Assembly (NCBI RefSeq): GCF_006345805.1
Contig: NC_042997.1
Location: 122,450,001-122,514,000 of the forward strand
DNA: 64,000 nucleotides
From: Octopus sinensis
Lineage: Eukaryota
Direction of reading: 5' to 3'
Shown here: positions 52,617-64,000 of the stretch, piece after piece
How the letters are laid out: the number at the start of each line of letters is the position of its first letter
Numbering within the stretch: the stretch's first letter is position 1
The notes under the pieces: generated by a model
Databases searched by the model: none
What the model was told of the DNA's origin: nothing
Seen by the model: only the letters and a program-made list of their open reading frames with translations
Translations under genes and position numbers: made by a program

Positions 52617-53571
52617 ACTATCTACGAGCTATTGTGGATTGAATTAAACGATATGACGTTGAATATGATTTTCGTAGGGCAATATTCCAAAAACAGAACT
52701 GGCATCGACACAAGAGCCTGTTTAATGTTTTCATCTTAGCCTAAAAACAAGAAGCAGCACAGTGCAATATATATTTTATGCATTGGCTATCTCAGTGGCT
52801 TTAATACACACCACGTCCACGATAGAATGAATACTCAGGTAAACGCTCAAAATATGAATCCCATTCTTTTCAAATTTTATGCACAGTGATTTATATGTTG
52901 TTGGAGGAGAATGCCGACTAAGGTAAGATTATATTCGGATCAAAAGGGCAAACAGTCACTTAAAGTTGTCTTCCCACGACCGTGTCAGTATAGGACTTTT
53001 ACTCAATCTATCAGCTACCACTGAAGTTAACAAGAAGGCGATTTTGTTATTCTATAGAATCCGGCAAATAGCTGTGGCCTTTTCCCCACTAATGTTACAT
53101 TACATATAACCAGTTTTTGGCTGTAGTGTTTCTTTTCACAAGAGCTTAATGAGTTTCTGATTAGATACATTTTTGACAAAATATTCTAGGCACATTCCTA
53201 AATGGAGTGAGTTAGGCAGTCTTGTTATTCCACCCCAAACAAAAGAGACCAAATAAGCAAGGCTTCTGTTTTACTGGTTCTCATTTGGAGCTTCCGATTT
53301 ATACAAACTGTTCTTGGGCTGAGGTCCTCCAAAAACTATTACTATGTTTCAAGTATTGTTCAGATTTTCTGTTACAGTACAGCACAAAAATAAAGCATTT
53401 TTAAACATGGTAGTTCCACGACAATAGGTAACACACTGTGCCTGAGAGAAAGCTATACGATCTTGTGTTTGTAGCTTATCTTATTTTACAATACTTATCT
53501 TTTACATTATAACACCTTAAACTGTTACCTATAACTACGCCTGTTGGACCAGGGAAAACGGCTGTAATGTC

Positions 53572-53732
53572 GTTCTATATTTAAGAGATGAGTAATTATG
53601 TACCTTATATGGATATTTGTCCTCATCTTATTTGTTGTTGACACAACGTTTCAGCTGATATACCTTCTAGCATTAATCAGGTATCTTGGGGTAATTTCAA
53701 ACTTGGTTTTTCATTCCTAATGTATTTTTCGA

Positions 53733-53764
<32 letters not shown>

Positions 53765-54151
53765 TATTATTTATTATTATTGCTATTAGTTAGATGGTTT
53801 GAAAGACGAGCTAGTTTTATTATGGAGTTTCTCTGTATGTCTCCATTGAAGTCTAATGTTGGCTCAGTACCGACTAGATAACAGTTTTATATTTAAGAGA
53901 TAAGGAATTATGTCGTTGAAAGACGAGCTCGGTTTTGATGGAGTTTCTCTATAAATCTCCAGTAAAATCTAATGTCGATTCTGTACCGATTAGATAATAC
54001 AGTTCTATATTTAAGAGATGAGGAATTATGTACATTATTTATATTTGACGTATATTTCACCAAGACACCTGCTGAAAGCTAGACGGTATATCAGCCGAAA
54101 CGTTGTGTTAACAACAAACGAGAGGACAAATATCCGTCAAATGTAAATAAT
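53572..54151. mobile_element. Second locus of the family 1 hammerhead element (rearranged, no tRNA head)
   Basis: Minus arm 53572-53780 ending in (ATT)n, a 117-bp tandem duplication (53801 and 53918), and a plus arm 54060-54151. Degenerate HHRs at about 53641-53686 (minus, CTGATTA) and 54064-54109 (plus, CTGCTGA). Confidence 0.85.
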
Positions 54152-55015
54152 GAATGAAATCGTCATGCATGTAGCTGCTGGCAACTCAATGGGGACTGTA
54201 TTGGGCAAAATATTCCTCACTATATCAGTCATAATTGCAACACGTTGCTATCTTCATAACTGATTTAAAGAGGCATTATATATTATATTGAAACATGCGT
54301 TCACAGGCATAATTACCTCTATGTGAAATTTTTGGAGAATTTTCAAATTCATTCAGAGGCACAATAGAGTAACTAATATATATTCCTTTTCTTTGAAATG
54401 TATTTTTATAAAATATCGAATAGTAGTTCATGATTCATCTGACGTCAATGAGCACCGCTTTTATTGTTCGTTCGAGACTTGACCAAAAGCTGATAATAAA
54501 GTTATATAGGTGATATCTCGACTAAAAATAAAACATTATTCGAGGTGTCCAAGAATGTTATATTTTAGGATTTAGATACTGCAGAAAGTGATGTGCAACA
54601 TTATTTTTTAATTGATATGTTGAGATACAAGTACGTTGCCTGTACACATACAGTTAACTTACTTGAAGATTGCAAACATTTTGTAGCGAAATAGGAAGTG
54701 GAAGAATACAGTTGCATCAGAAGTTGTAAGTATGTTTTTGAATTAGTTTCTGCACTTTTACTGGACAAATCCGTTGTCCTATCTGGAATGAAGACGTTTT
54801 TATTTAACTATCAAATATTAATGGTAACATTTCTAAATAGGTACAAAGATAGAGTTTAAGACTTATGAGAGTTTCACCATCAGGATATTCAAATATTAAT
54901 ATTAAAATCAAAATGTATTAAATATTAAAAGTTACAAAAATTTGCACGTACAGATGTATCTAAATAAATCGAACATACAGTGTCCCAAATCACGAAATAA
55001 TAGCTTTCTTTAAAG

Positions 55016-55303
55016 CAATGCTACTCAAAGTGCCGGACCGTGAGCCATCAGCTTCTGGTACTCGTCGTGTTTCCAGAAAAAGAAACAAACATTATTTAAT
55101 ACTTATGTAAAATTTTATTATGTGTTTAGAAAATAAATAAGACAATATAATAATCAACTTTTATCATATTCAATTTATATATATTGTTTCTGGTATAAAT
55201 TAATATCACTAAGAAATATTATCGGTCCCTGTCACATTGGCCAAAGGAAAAAAGGAAAAAAAAAACTGCCGGTACGTCACATCAGATAGTTTGAAAAGCA
55301 CTG
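55016..55303. mobile_element. hAT-superfamily MITE
   Basis: TIRs CAATGCTACTCAAA and TTTGAAAAGCACTG. 8-bp TSD CTTTAAAG (55008-55015) versus CTTTACAG (55304-55311). Confidence 0.8.
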
Positions 55304-56475
55304 CTTTACAGGGCTTAATACAGAAACGCAACCCCGATATCTGAATTGACATTTTCTGAAAATAATCCTTGTCATGCGTCGCATTGTCTCATTCCGCCTT
55401 TCCCACCGGGGCCTTTTTTCCTCCGAATTATTAATGACAGTTACTCGGTATGATGATAGATATTAGGATGTCTACTGTCAATTATTTTTTGACAATTATA
55501 TTCCTTGGAAAATATATTCTACATTTCACTGCCTTCAACGAGTAACACGTAATATACAATCATCAGTGTATATGCGATATCTGTTTCATATCCCTCAGGC
55601 GTCATAAGACTTGAAAAGCATTTATCATATTCAGTATCCCCATAGTGTGGTTCCCAATATAAACTGGCAGGCCTGGATAACAGCCTTCATCTTCTGTCAT
55701 GACTTTTAATGCACCAGGATAATAATAGCAATTCTCACATAGCAATACACGCACGCACACAGTGTGTACGTGTACATATATGCATATATGTGCGTATATA
55801 CACATATGCATATAGATGCTCTCATGCATACACACATACATACACAAACATATTAGTTTATTTGCTAACATGATGTGGTTGTCCTGACTACAAATATGTT
55901 GCCACGTTTTAACTCAAGGAAAGCATTTTTCCAGCTGGTTTAGCGACACATGATCTATGTCCGAAGCATGTTGTAAGCAAGAGGGTTCATTGTTCTCTTC
56001 TAGCCGTTTTCAGTACCAGCAGAGCCATGGATGCTGGGTTATTTCCCATCCTCGGTTCTGTACATCCGCTTGGCTAGAGACAGCAATCAGCCGACATTAT
56101 TCCAAGTTTAAACATATAGACAAGCATATATATACACACACATATATATGCACACACACATATATACACACACATATATATATATACACACATATATACA
56201 CACACATATATAACACACACACACACACTCACACATACACACACACACACACACATACACACACACACATACACACACACACGCACATGCACACACGCAT
56301 ATATATATATATATATATACACACACACGTGTGTGTGTGTGTGTGTGTATCTATATATTTCATTTCCTTATAATAATCAATAATACTATTATTTGTAGTT
56401 CGGTTATCTTTCTGCTTACCATAGTCACTGCCATTGATATCGCCATTTCTGTTAGTATTGTTTGCACAATATGTA

Positions 56476-57064
56476 TAACCTCCACCTTAGCGAAGGGTGA
56501 GGTGTTGTTTTCCAGTCGTGTTTGTTTGCTTGTTCGTTTGTCCGTGAGTAAGATATCTCAAGAACCGCTGGATAGATTGAAATGAAACTTTCAGGGATGT
56601 TTGGCCTCTTGACTGGCACGAAAGGGTTTAGGTTTTGACATCGATACGGCACCGGGCAAAAATTCTGGATTATTTGTTATATTTACTTCACATGATTAAG
56701 ATCCTACGTTAGCTTTCAAGTCTTTCACAATAATCTCTATTTAGGCTGTAACTACTTTGAATGGTGAATTTGGTAACTTTGGCTTGTATTAGATAAGGAT
56801 ACCCTATATATTACTGTTACTAAATTTTCTACATCCACCTTCATTTCTCATGACTACCATTGGGATCGATCAGGTACCGGACAAGGATTCTTGATAATTT
56901 TTTCCGGTTGTTTATTTAATTTCTGAGAGCAGTCAGTTTCAGTTTTAGGATTCTTATTTGTGAGAGCAATCGAGTTTATTTCAGATATTTTCATTTGAAA
57001 AATCATCATTGAGACGACGTGTGTTTTGCCTTCACGGAGATTTTCGCTCTCTGAGTGCTCTTGA
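56476..57064 (+). mobile_element. Helentron-associated non-autonomous element (HINE/DINE-1-like)
   Basis: 5' palindrome CCTCCACCTT-AGCG-AAGGGTGAGG, then (GTTT)n, then a 3' CGGAGAT inverted-repeat remnant and the hairpin CGCTC-TCT-GAGTG. Confidence 0.75.
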
Positions 57065-57299
57065 ATATAATGTTTTTATTATTATTGAATTAGTGATATT
57101 GCTATTCATGTTAATGTTGGGGAACGTAGGTTTCTGTTCTTTTTATTTCAGTTAGACTTATGTATATTTTTATTACTATTATTAGTACTGTTATTATTGT
57201 ACGGTATATATTGGTTAAACTTTTATATCCCGCGTATTTTAAGGCAATATTGCACTGTTGCTTCTGCTTATTAAATGTGCCCTCTCTTGAATACTGAGA

Positions 57300-57498
57300 T
57301 TATATATACACACACATATATATATATATACACATATATATATATATGCATACATATATACACACATATATATATATATGCATACATATATACACACATA
57401 TATATATATACACATATATATACACATATATATATACATACATACATATACACATATATATATACATACATATATATACACATACATATATATACACA

Positions 57499-57536
<38 letters not shown>

Positions 57537-57735
57537 CACATATATATACATACATATATAAACACACATATATATACACATACATATATATACACATATA
57601 TATATACATACATATATATACACATATATATACATACATATATAAACACACATATATATACACATACATATATATACACATATATATATACATACATATA
57701 TATACACATATATATACATACATATATATATACAC

Positions 57736-57772
<37 letters not shown>

Positions 57773-57908
57773 CACATATATATACATACATATATATACA
57801 CATATATATATATACACACACATATATATATATACGCCTATAATACAAACATATATATTCATGAATTTGTATCTCGGCTTTCTTCTTTCTTAATATACAC
57901 ATACATTA

Positions 57909-57971
<63 letters not shown>

Positions 57972-57990
57972 TATATATACATACACACAT
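57300..57990. repeat. Compound (TA/CA)n microsatellite
   Basis: Read directly. Confidence 0.95.
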
Positions 57991-58688
57991 ACAAAAATGG
58001 GACAAGAACGCAACACATCCATGTAACGTGGAAACTGACATATTGCTCAAGAAAAATTACACTATATGAAGCCATTTTTTCCATAACCACTTCTGCTGCT
58101 GTTTCTCATGCAATTCACATATACTCACTAATAGCTGTTTCGGAACCACCATATATGCCCCATGTGGGTTAATTTGATCAATTTCAATAGCATAGTTATT
58201 CTAGTCATCAATAACTATTGACACATATACATTCGAGCATCTTAGCGTGCTATTAAGCAATCTTCTTTTATATTTGGCTTCGATGAACAATGTCAAAAAA
58301 AAAAATCACCCAAATAACCTGTTAGGTTGGCCTTATTTTGCTAACAAACATACATTAACTCAAATGTATGCCAAACACTGTGATTATTGGATTAAATAAA
58401 CACAAAACTACTTCACCGACCAGCACTTTGTGTGTGTGCACATACGTTCATTTAATACACTTTAGCCCTACATGCAGTGACGTACGAAACCACAGGTCTC
58501 CACAAGTATCTATGTACATCTGCATGGCACCCAATTAGCCAGGCATACGAAAATACTGATGTTGAAAGCAACATTCATGGCTCAATAAATTGAACATATA
58601 TCAGCAGTTCGATATCTTAAAAAGGATGGATATATTTACAATACACGGATACTTATATTTAAAATTGAAGGATATATATATATATATA

Positions 58689-59850
58689 TTGGGTCATACC
58701 ATAGGTAATTCTGTTTTTTATACTTTTATGTTTCAAAGTTAAATTTTTAAAAAGTCTAAAATATACTCTCCATTTTCTACAATGCTCTTTCCATCTATCT
58801 GGTAGACTTTCAAGGCACCTCTTCCTAAATTCACTTGTCTGTGACGAAAAACACTCTTCCAGTACTGTTCAGACCTCGTTTAAAAATTCACATTTTGTTC
58901 TGTCCAAATGACTTTGTAGACTGCGGAATAAATGATAATCAGATGGGGGCAATGTGAAGAATATGCTGGGTGGGGCATCGTTTTCCATTCGAACTGCTCA
59001 AGCCTTTGGAATGTCATCCTCGCTGTATGTGGCCGACGATTAACCTGGTGGAAGAACACCTTTCGTCTTGAAACAAAAGATGGTTGTTTTTCTTTTAGCG
59101 CTGACTTAAGCCGCTCGAGCTGTTCGCAGCACAGCTCGTTTTTTATATCTTTTGGCTTGGGTGTAAAATGTCGAATTGGACGAAAACTTTCATATTCCAC
59201 TAAATAGATAACAATACCTTACATGAGTAAAGACATTCTTTAGACTGGGGTGTCGATATTTGGGGTGCTTGACAGTTTTATAGAGAACAGCATTTCTCGT
59301 CAACAGTCACTCTTCAGTCCACAAAAGGTTCAGTCATAAGACGTGACAACAAAGGAGAGCACACATTGTCTGCGCGCGATTAGACTCGGTAAGTTTAAGA
59401 GGAAACCATTGACCCAGCTTTCTGATTTTTCCGATTGTACGCAGATGTCGATGAATGGCTGAATGACCAAAAACAAGCTTCTCCACTAGTTCCTTACGAT
59501 GGGATTTTGTTCCGTCATTGTTTGCAGAAGTTGCTCATCGAGCTCTACAGATTTCAAGGACGAGGCTCAGAATTTCAGGAACCACTGTTGACACTGGCTT
59601 AAGCTTATTCTCCGATCCCCATATACTGCATTAATATTCCTCGCACATGTTGTTGCCTTTATTGAACTCATAAAGCAAAATATGCCAAATATAATTTATT
59701 TTCATTATAGCTTTGAAAATATAATTGTTAAAATTGAACGGCACTTTTCAAACCTTCCACTAAGAATTAGAACAAGGTAAAGTTACTGCTTGCTTTTATT
59801 ATAGCAAGTTGACGCAGGTAGTTTATCTCCTGTATATAATGTGCTGAACA
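58689..59850 (-). mobile_element. Decayed mariner (DD34D) transposon
   Basis: Transposase remnants from about 59705 down to 58746: WHILLYEFNKGNN, HSAIHRHL, WFPLKL (WVPHEL-like), RVTVDEK, FFHQVNRRPH, HPAYS. TIR-like TTGGGTCATACCATAGGTAATT follows TA at 58687-58688. The other TIR was not recognised. Confidence 0.88.
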
Positions 59851-61669
59851 CGAAAGAAAGAGATAACATTTTGGTATTCGTACTAGTCTAATGAATAAAG
59901 TAACTAGTGTACTGAAAAGAGAAGAGAGTATTAAAAGAAATCAAATACAAGAGTAAGAAAAAATACTTTTCTGTGAACACAGAAAATGGCTATTAGTTAA
60001 ATGTAATATATGAATTTGTGGATAAAATTTCAAAACTAAAACAAAATAAAAACTTAACCGCATCGTAAGATGAAACAGAATGTGAAAAAAGTATGAATAT
60101 AGTAAATTCTAACCAATATTACTTATAAGATAAAAAGTTTAAAAAAAAAAATCATTTGATTTCAAATATTTCAAATTTCTAAAATATACGAGTATGTTTT
60201 TTTCTGAAAAGAAGAACGGCACCTACTAGCATTTTCTTTTTCTTTTTTTTTATGAACATTGTTTAGATTTTTGTATTTTAAAGAACTTCAAGAAAACAAA
60301 AAGTAATAAGAAAGATATTTTTGTTTTGAAATAAAATACAAACTGAAAGACATCATTTCCTGTTGGCAATATTAATTGCCAGAACTACTCCAGATATCAT
60401 TAATTTCGATCACTGAATTAACAGCTGCCAAGAGAAAAAACGTAATTAGTTTCCAAGAAACAACTCAAATTCTACGAGACAAGCATAAACGCACACACTC
60501 GCAACACATAAGCTTCATTTGCCACATACATTTAATCACACATAAACATATATGTTTATATTCGTGTATATCTACACACATACGCGCACACAATACTAAA
60601 ATCGTACTTAAGTTTTTATCATTCATCTCATACAGACAGCAGTATAGGTTTGATATCAAATCAAATTTTGAGACGAATAATTTAAGATGTGAAACGACCT
60701 ACCATTGCATGTGATGTCATTGCCTATCGCATACATATGCCTAGACAATGCATTGCACTGCGTCTCTATCAAGTATTTTCCGTCTTCTGTGACTGATTTA
60801 CACCACTATAATTATTACTTTTTCATTCAAACCAAAAGACGTGCAAAGGAAAAGAAATTCCAACGCATATGGTATTTAAATTAACAAATTCATTTTCCTT
60901 AAGCATATTAAGACACTGTTAAAAAACTAACAGGAAGTTTAATGGCTGGGTACACAACGTTTATTATGAAAATCCAGGTTGTGATACTGACCGCCTGATT
61001 TTTTCTTTTTCTTTATTATGACTAAAAGTGGAATATTACTCATTATTTCTCAGCTTAGACTTTAAAAACAACAACAGTAGGGTTGAAAAATCATGTATAC
61101 CACAATGCATTATGTATAATGGAAAGCCATGATAATTATAACCATTGAAAAGGAAGCACAAAGGGAGATGTTTTGTGATTATGTGTCCATGGAAGATGCA
61201 AGAAAAGTATGTTCTAAGCTTTGAATATGAAGACTAAATGAGATATGTCCTGATGGTATCACTCTTCTGTAAACATTATCGGGAACATATATAAAAAATA
61301 GATTGGCAGCCCAACGTTGGCAATAATACTACTTGTCGGGATCGTTACGAAATGTCATTAAAATTATTCAGGAGAATTCTTGAAAACGTATGTAGGTATA
61401 TTTTGCTTGGGCAGTTCAATTCCAAAATGCTATAGCCGAAGCATAAAAGGATTCAGATATGACACACGCGCGCAGATGAACAAGAGAACATAACGTTAGC
61501 TCGTCGGGTATAGAGAAAACCCGGGAGGCAGAAAACAACAGTAAATGTGGCGCTCTATCATGGCTTTGTTGGTGATGGATAAAACAATACTTGAGAATCA
61601 GAAGATGTCTCGCATTTGCTGTAAATGATTCCAAAATATAACAGCCATTTGCTCCACAGACGTAGTGTA

Positions 61670-62552
61670 CGAGCGGGTACCCAAAAGTAACCTGAAAAAT
61701 CTTCTGTTGGACAAGCCCTTTCTAGTTCAGGTCTCCGCCGCTTGAAACCACTTGATGCGACCCTCAGGCATCATTCTGGCGACCGGCGTTCTCGGCTGGT
61801 GTAATACAGCCACGTTGTGTATATTTGTTTTACAGTGTTTCTCACTTGTTCATCAATTTTTGAAATGACTGAAACGAAGGAACAGCGTGCTTCCGTGAAA
61901 TTTTGGTTTCTGCTGGGGAAGACTGTTGCAAAAACAGCTGTTATGCTTCAAACAGCTTACAGAGATGCTTCTATGATAAAGACACAAGTTTACGAGCGAT
62001 TTTTTATGTTTTAGGAATGGTTACTTGTCGCTTAAGGTGTAACCTCATTCAGAATGACCGTCGACCTCCCGAATGAAAAATAAGAAAATTCATGAACTGA
62101 TTTTCGAGGATAGTCACCGAAAAATTGACGAACTTGTTGATATGACTGGTGTGTCGCTGAAGCTCCTGCCAACGAAGTTGGACAAGGAATTGTGAATGAA
62201 AAGAGTTGCAGCAAAATGTGTGCCTCGCTCTTTCACGGAGGATCAAAATCAGTCAAGATTGAATGCGTGTCGTAAATTGAAAGAACAGTTGGATGTTGAT
62301 CCGGACCTTTTTCCTATAGTCATCACTGGTGACGAAAGCTGGTGCAACGGAATTTGCAGATGTGGAAGAGGTGAAGAAAAAAGGCATCCCTTTGCAATAA
62401 TTCCAGGAGTGCTTCGAACAGTGGAAAATGCGTCTAGACAGATGCGTTGCTTCAAATGAAGAATACTTTCAAGGCGATAAAAGTGTAAACATGGAAAACT
62501 AAGTAAACGAAATAATACTGCAAAATTCCGGTTTCTTTTGGGTACACCCTCG
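61670..62552 (+). mobile_element. Internally deleted mariner transposon
   Basis: TIRs CGAGCGGGTACCCAAAAGTAACC and GGTTTCTTTTGGGTACACCCTCG with TA on both sides. EQRASVKF...KCVPR...ITGDESWC is fused directly to the C-terminal FQECFEQWK.RLDRCV. Confidence 0.92.
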
Positions 62553-62832
62553 TATAAATGACTTTACAATCATCGTTCCTTAAAGCGTGACTAAAAATTT
62601 ATAGATATATTCGATAGTACATTTTAGTAATGTAACAAAAAGTAGTTAATATAACAGCAGTTTAACGGAAGGTTAACTTCACAAAAAGACAAAAATTTAA
62701 CGTAGATGGAATATGAAAAATATATTGTGAAGCATGTAGAAAACGATATGAGTTCACAAGCCGTATTATAAGATTTTCTCACTATTCGGCAAACTAAGAG
62801 GCTGTGTCAGCAAATTGAAGAGGAATGAATAA

Positions 62833-63920
62833 AATTTTCTGGGGAAGGGGTCCAGTCGATCAGATCGACCCCAGTACGCAACTGGTATTTAATTTATAGA
62901 CTCCGAAAGGATGAAAGGCAAAGTCAACCTCGGCGGAATTTGAACTCAGGACGTAAAGACATGAAATATCGCTAAGCATTTCGCCCTGCGTGCTAACGTT
63001 TCTTATTTGTTTACTGCCCAAAAGGGGCTTCACACAAGGGGGGGGGGACAAACAAGGACAGACAAACGGATTTAGTCGATCATATCGACCCCAGTGCGTA
63101 ACTAGTACTTATTTAATCGACCCCGAAAGGATGAAATACAAAGTCGACCTCGGCCGAATTTGAACTCAGAACGTAACGGGAGATGAAATACCGCTAAGCA
63201 TTTCGCCCGGCATGCTCACGTTTCTTATTTCTTTATTGCTCACAAAGGATAAAACAGAGGGGGACAAACTAGGACAGACAAACGGATTAAGTCAATTATA
63301 TAGACCCTAGTGCGTAACTGGTACTTAATTTATCGACCCCGAAAGGATGAAATGTAAATTTGACTTCGGCGGAATTTGAACTCAGAACGCAGTGGCAGGC
63401 GAAATACCTATTTCTTTACTACCCACAAGGGGCTAAACATAGAGAGGACAAATAAGGACAGACAAAGGGATTAAGTCGATTACATCGACCTCAGTGCATA
63501 ACTGGTACTTATTTAATCGACCCCGAAATGATGAAAGGCAAAGTCGACCTCGGCGGAATTTAAACTCAGAATGGGATCTTTTCCTTTTGAACGGCACTTT
63601 TCAACACAATTTCTAGTTAACTAGACACTTTTAAACTTCGTATACTGGTAGAATGTGTTTATAAAACATCATAAGCCCGGCGTGCTAACGTTTCGGATTT
63701 GTTTACTGCCCAAAAGGGGCTGCACACAGAGGAGACAAACATAGAGAGACATACGGATTAAGTCCATTATATCGATCCAGTGCGTAACTGGTACTTATTT
63801 AATCGACCCCGAGAGGATGAAAGTCGACCTCGGAGGAATTTGAACTCAGAACTTAACGGCAGACGAAATATCGCTGGGCGATTCGCCTAGCGTGCTAACG
63901 TTTCTGCCAACTCGCCGCCT
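62833..63920 (-). mobile_element. SINE family B head-to-tail pentamer
   Basis: Five B-box-bearing bodies, only one complete 5' head (at about 63920), junctions near 63002, 63224, 63408 and 63694, and an insert of about 105 bp at 63571-63675. Confidence 0.92.
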
Positions 63921-64000
63921 TGCAGCACGAATAATATTAAACATGAGCCGCTGTACTTGCGCAACAAAAAAAAGGAAATGATAAAATGTAAATAAAATAT

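Noticed and set aside
55602-56110. Short complex-looking ORFs as host exons
   Set aside because: They run into microsatellites, and I found no convincing splice-site pairs or recognisable motif.
62833-63920. CRISPR-like repeat/spacer appearance
   Set aside because: The units are about 200 bp and homologous along their whole length, with no unique spacers and no cas genes, in a eukaryotic context.

Overview
AT-rich animal DNA that is intergenic or intronic, most likely from an octopus or related coleoid cephalopod (inferred from the SINE families and microsatellite load). I found no host protein-coding exon, rRNA, true tRNA gene or CRISPR array; the long ORFs in the track are translated microsatellites or retroelement remnants. 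The window is a mosaic of mobile elements: two tRNA-derived SINE families (one CORE-like with an internal microsatellite, one forming head-to-tail concatemers), CR1-group LINEs, RTE LINEs, an RLE-type (HERO-like) LINE fragment, three Penelope-like element (PLE) remnants, Helitron/Helentron-type elements, two decayed mariners and a hAT MITE. The main hidden structure is 13 type I hammerhead ribozyme (HHR) motifs from about 7 sequence-distinct families. Most have a short self-complementary stem III, and many lie in head-to-head inverted repeats inserted into (TA)n. Two cases stand out: a tRNA-headed (Pol III) element carrying an HHR, suggesting a PLE-mobilised SINE/retrozyme chimera, and a non-coding 560-bp HHR unit in tandem-plus-inverted arrangement, a retrozyme/circRNA candidate. 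A conserved 3' motif also links the CORE-like SINE to a CR1-group LINE in the same window. All pairings and alignments were read by eye, and element boundaries are approximate to within tens of bp unless stated otherwise.
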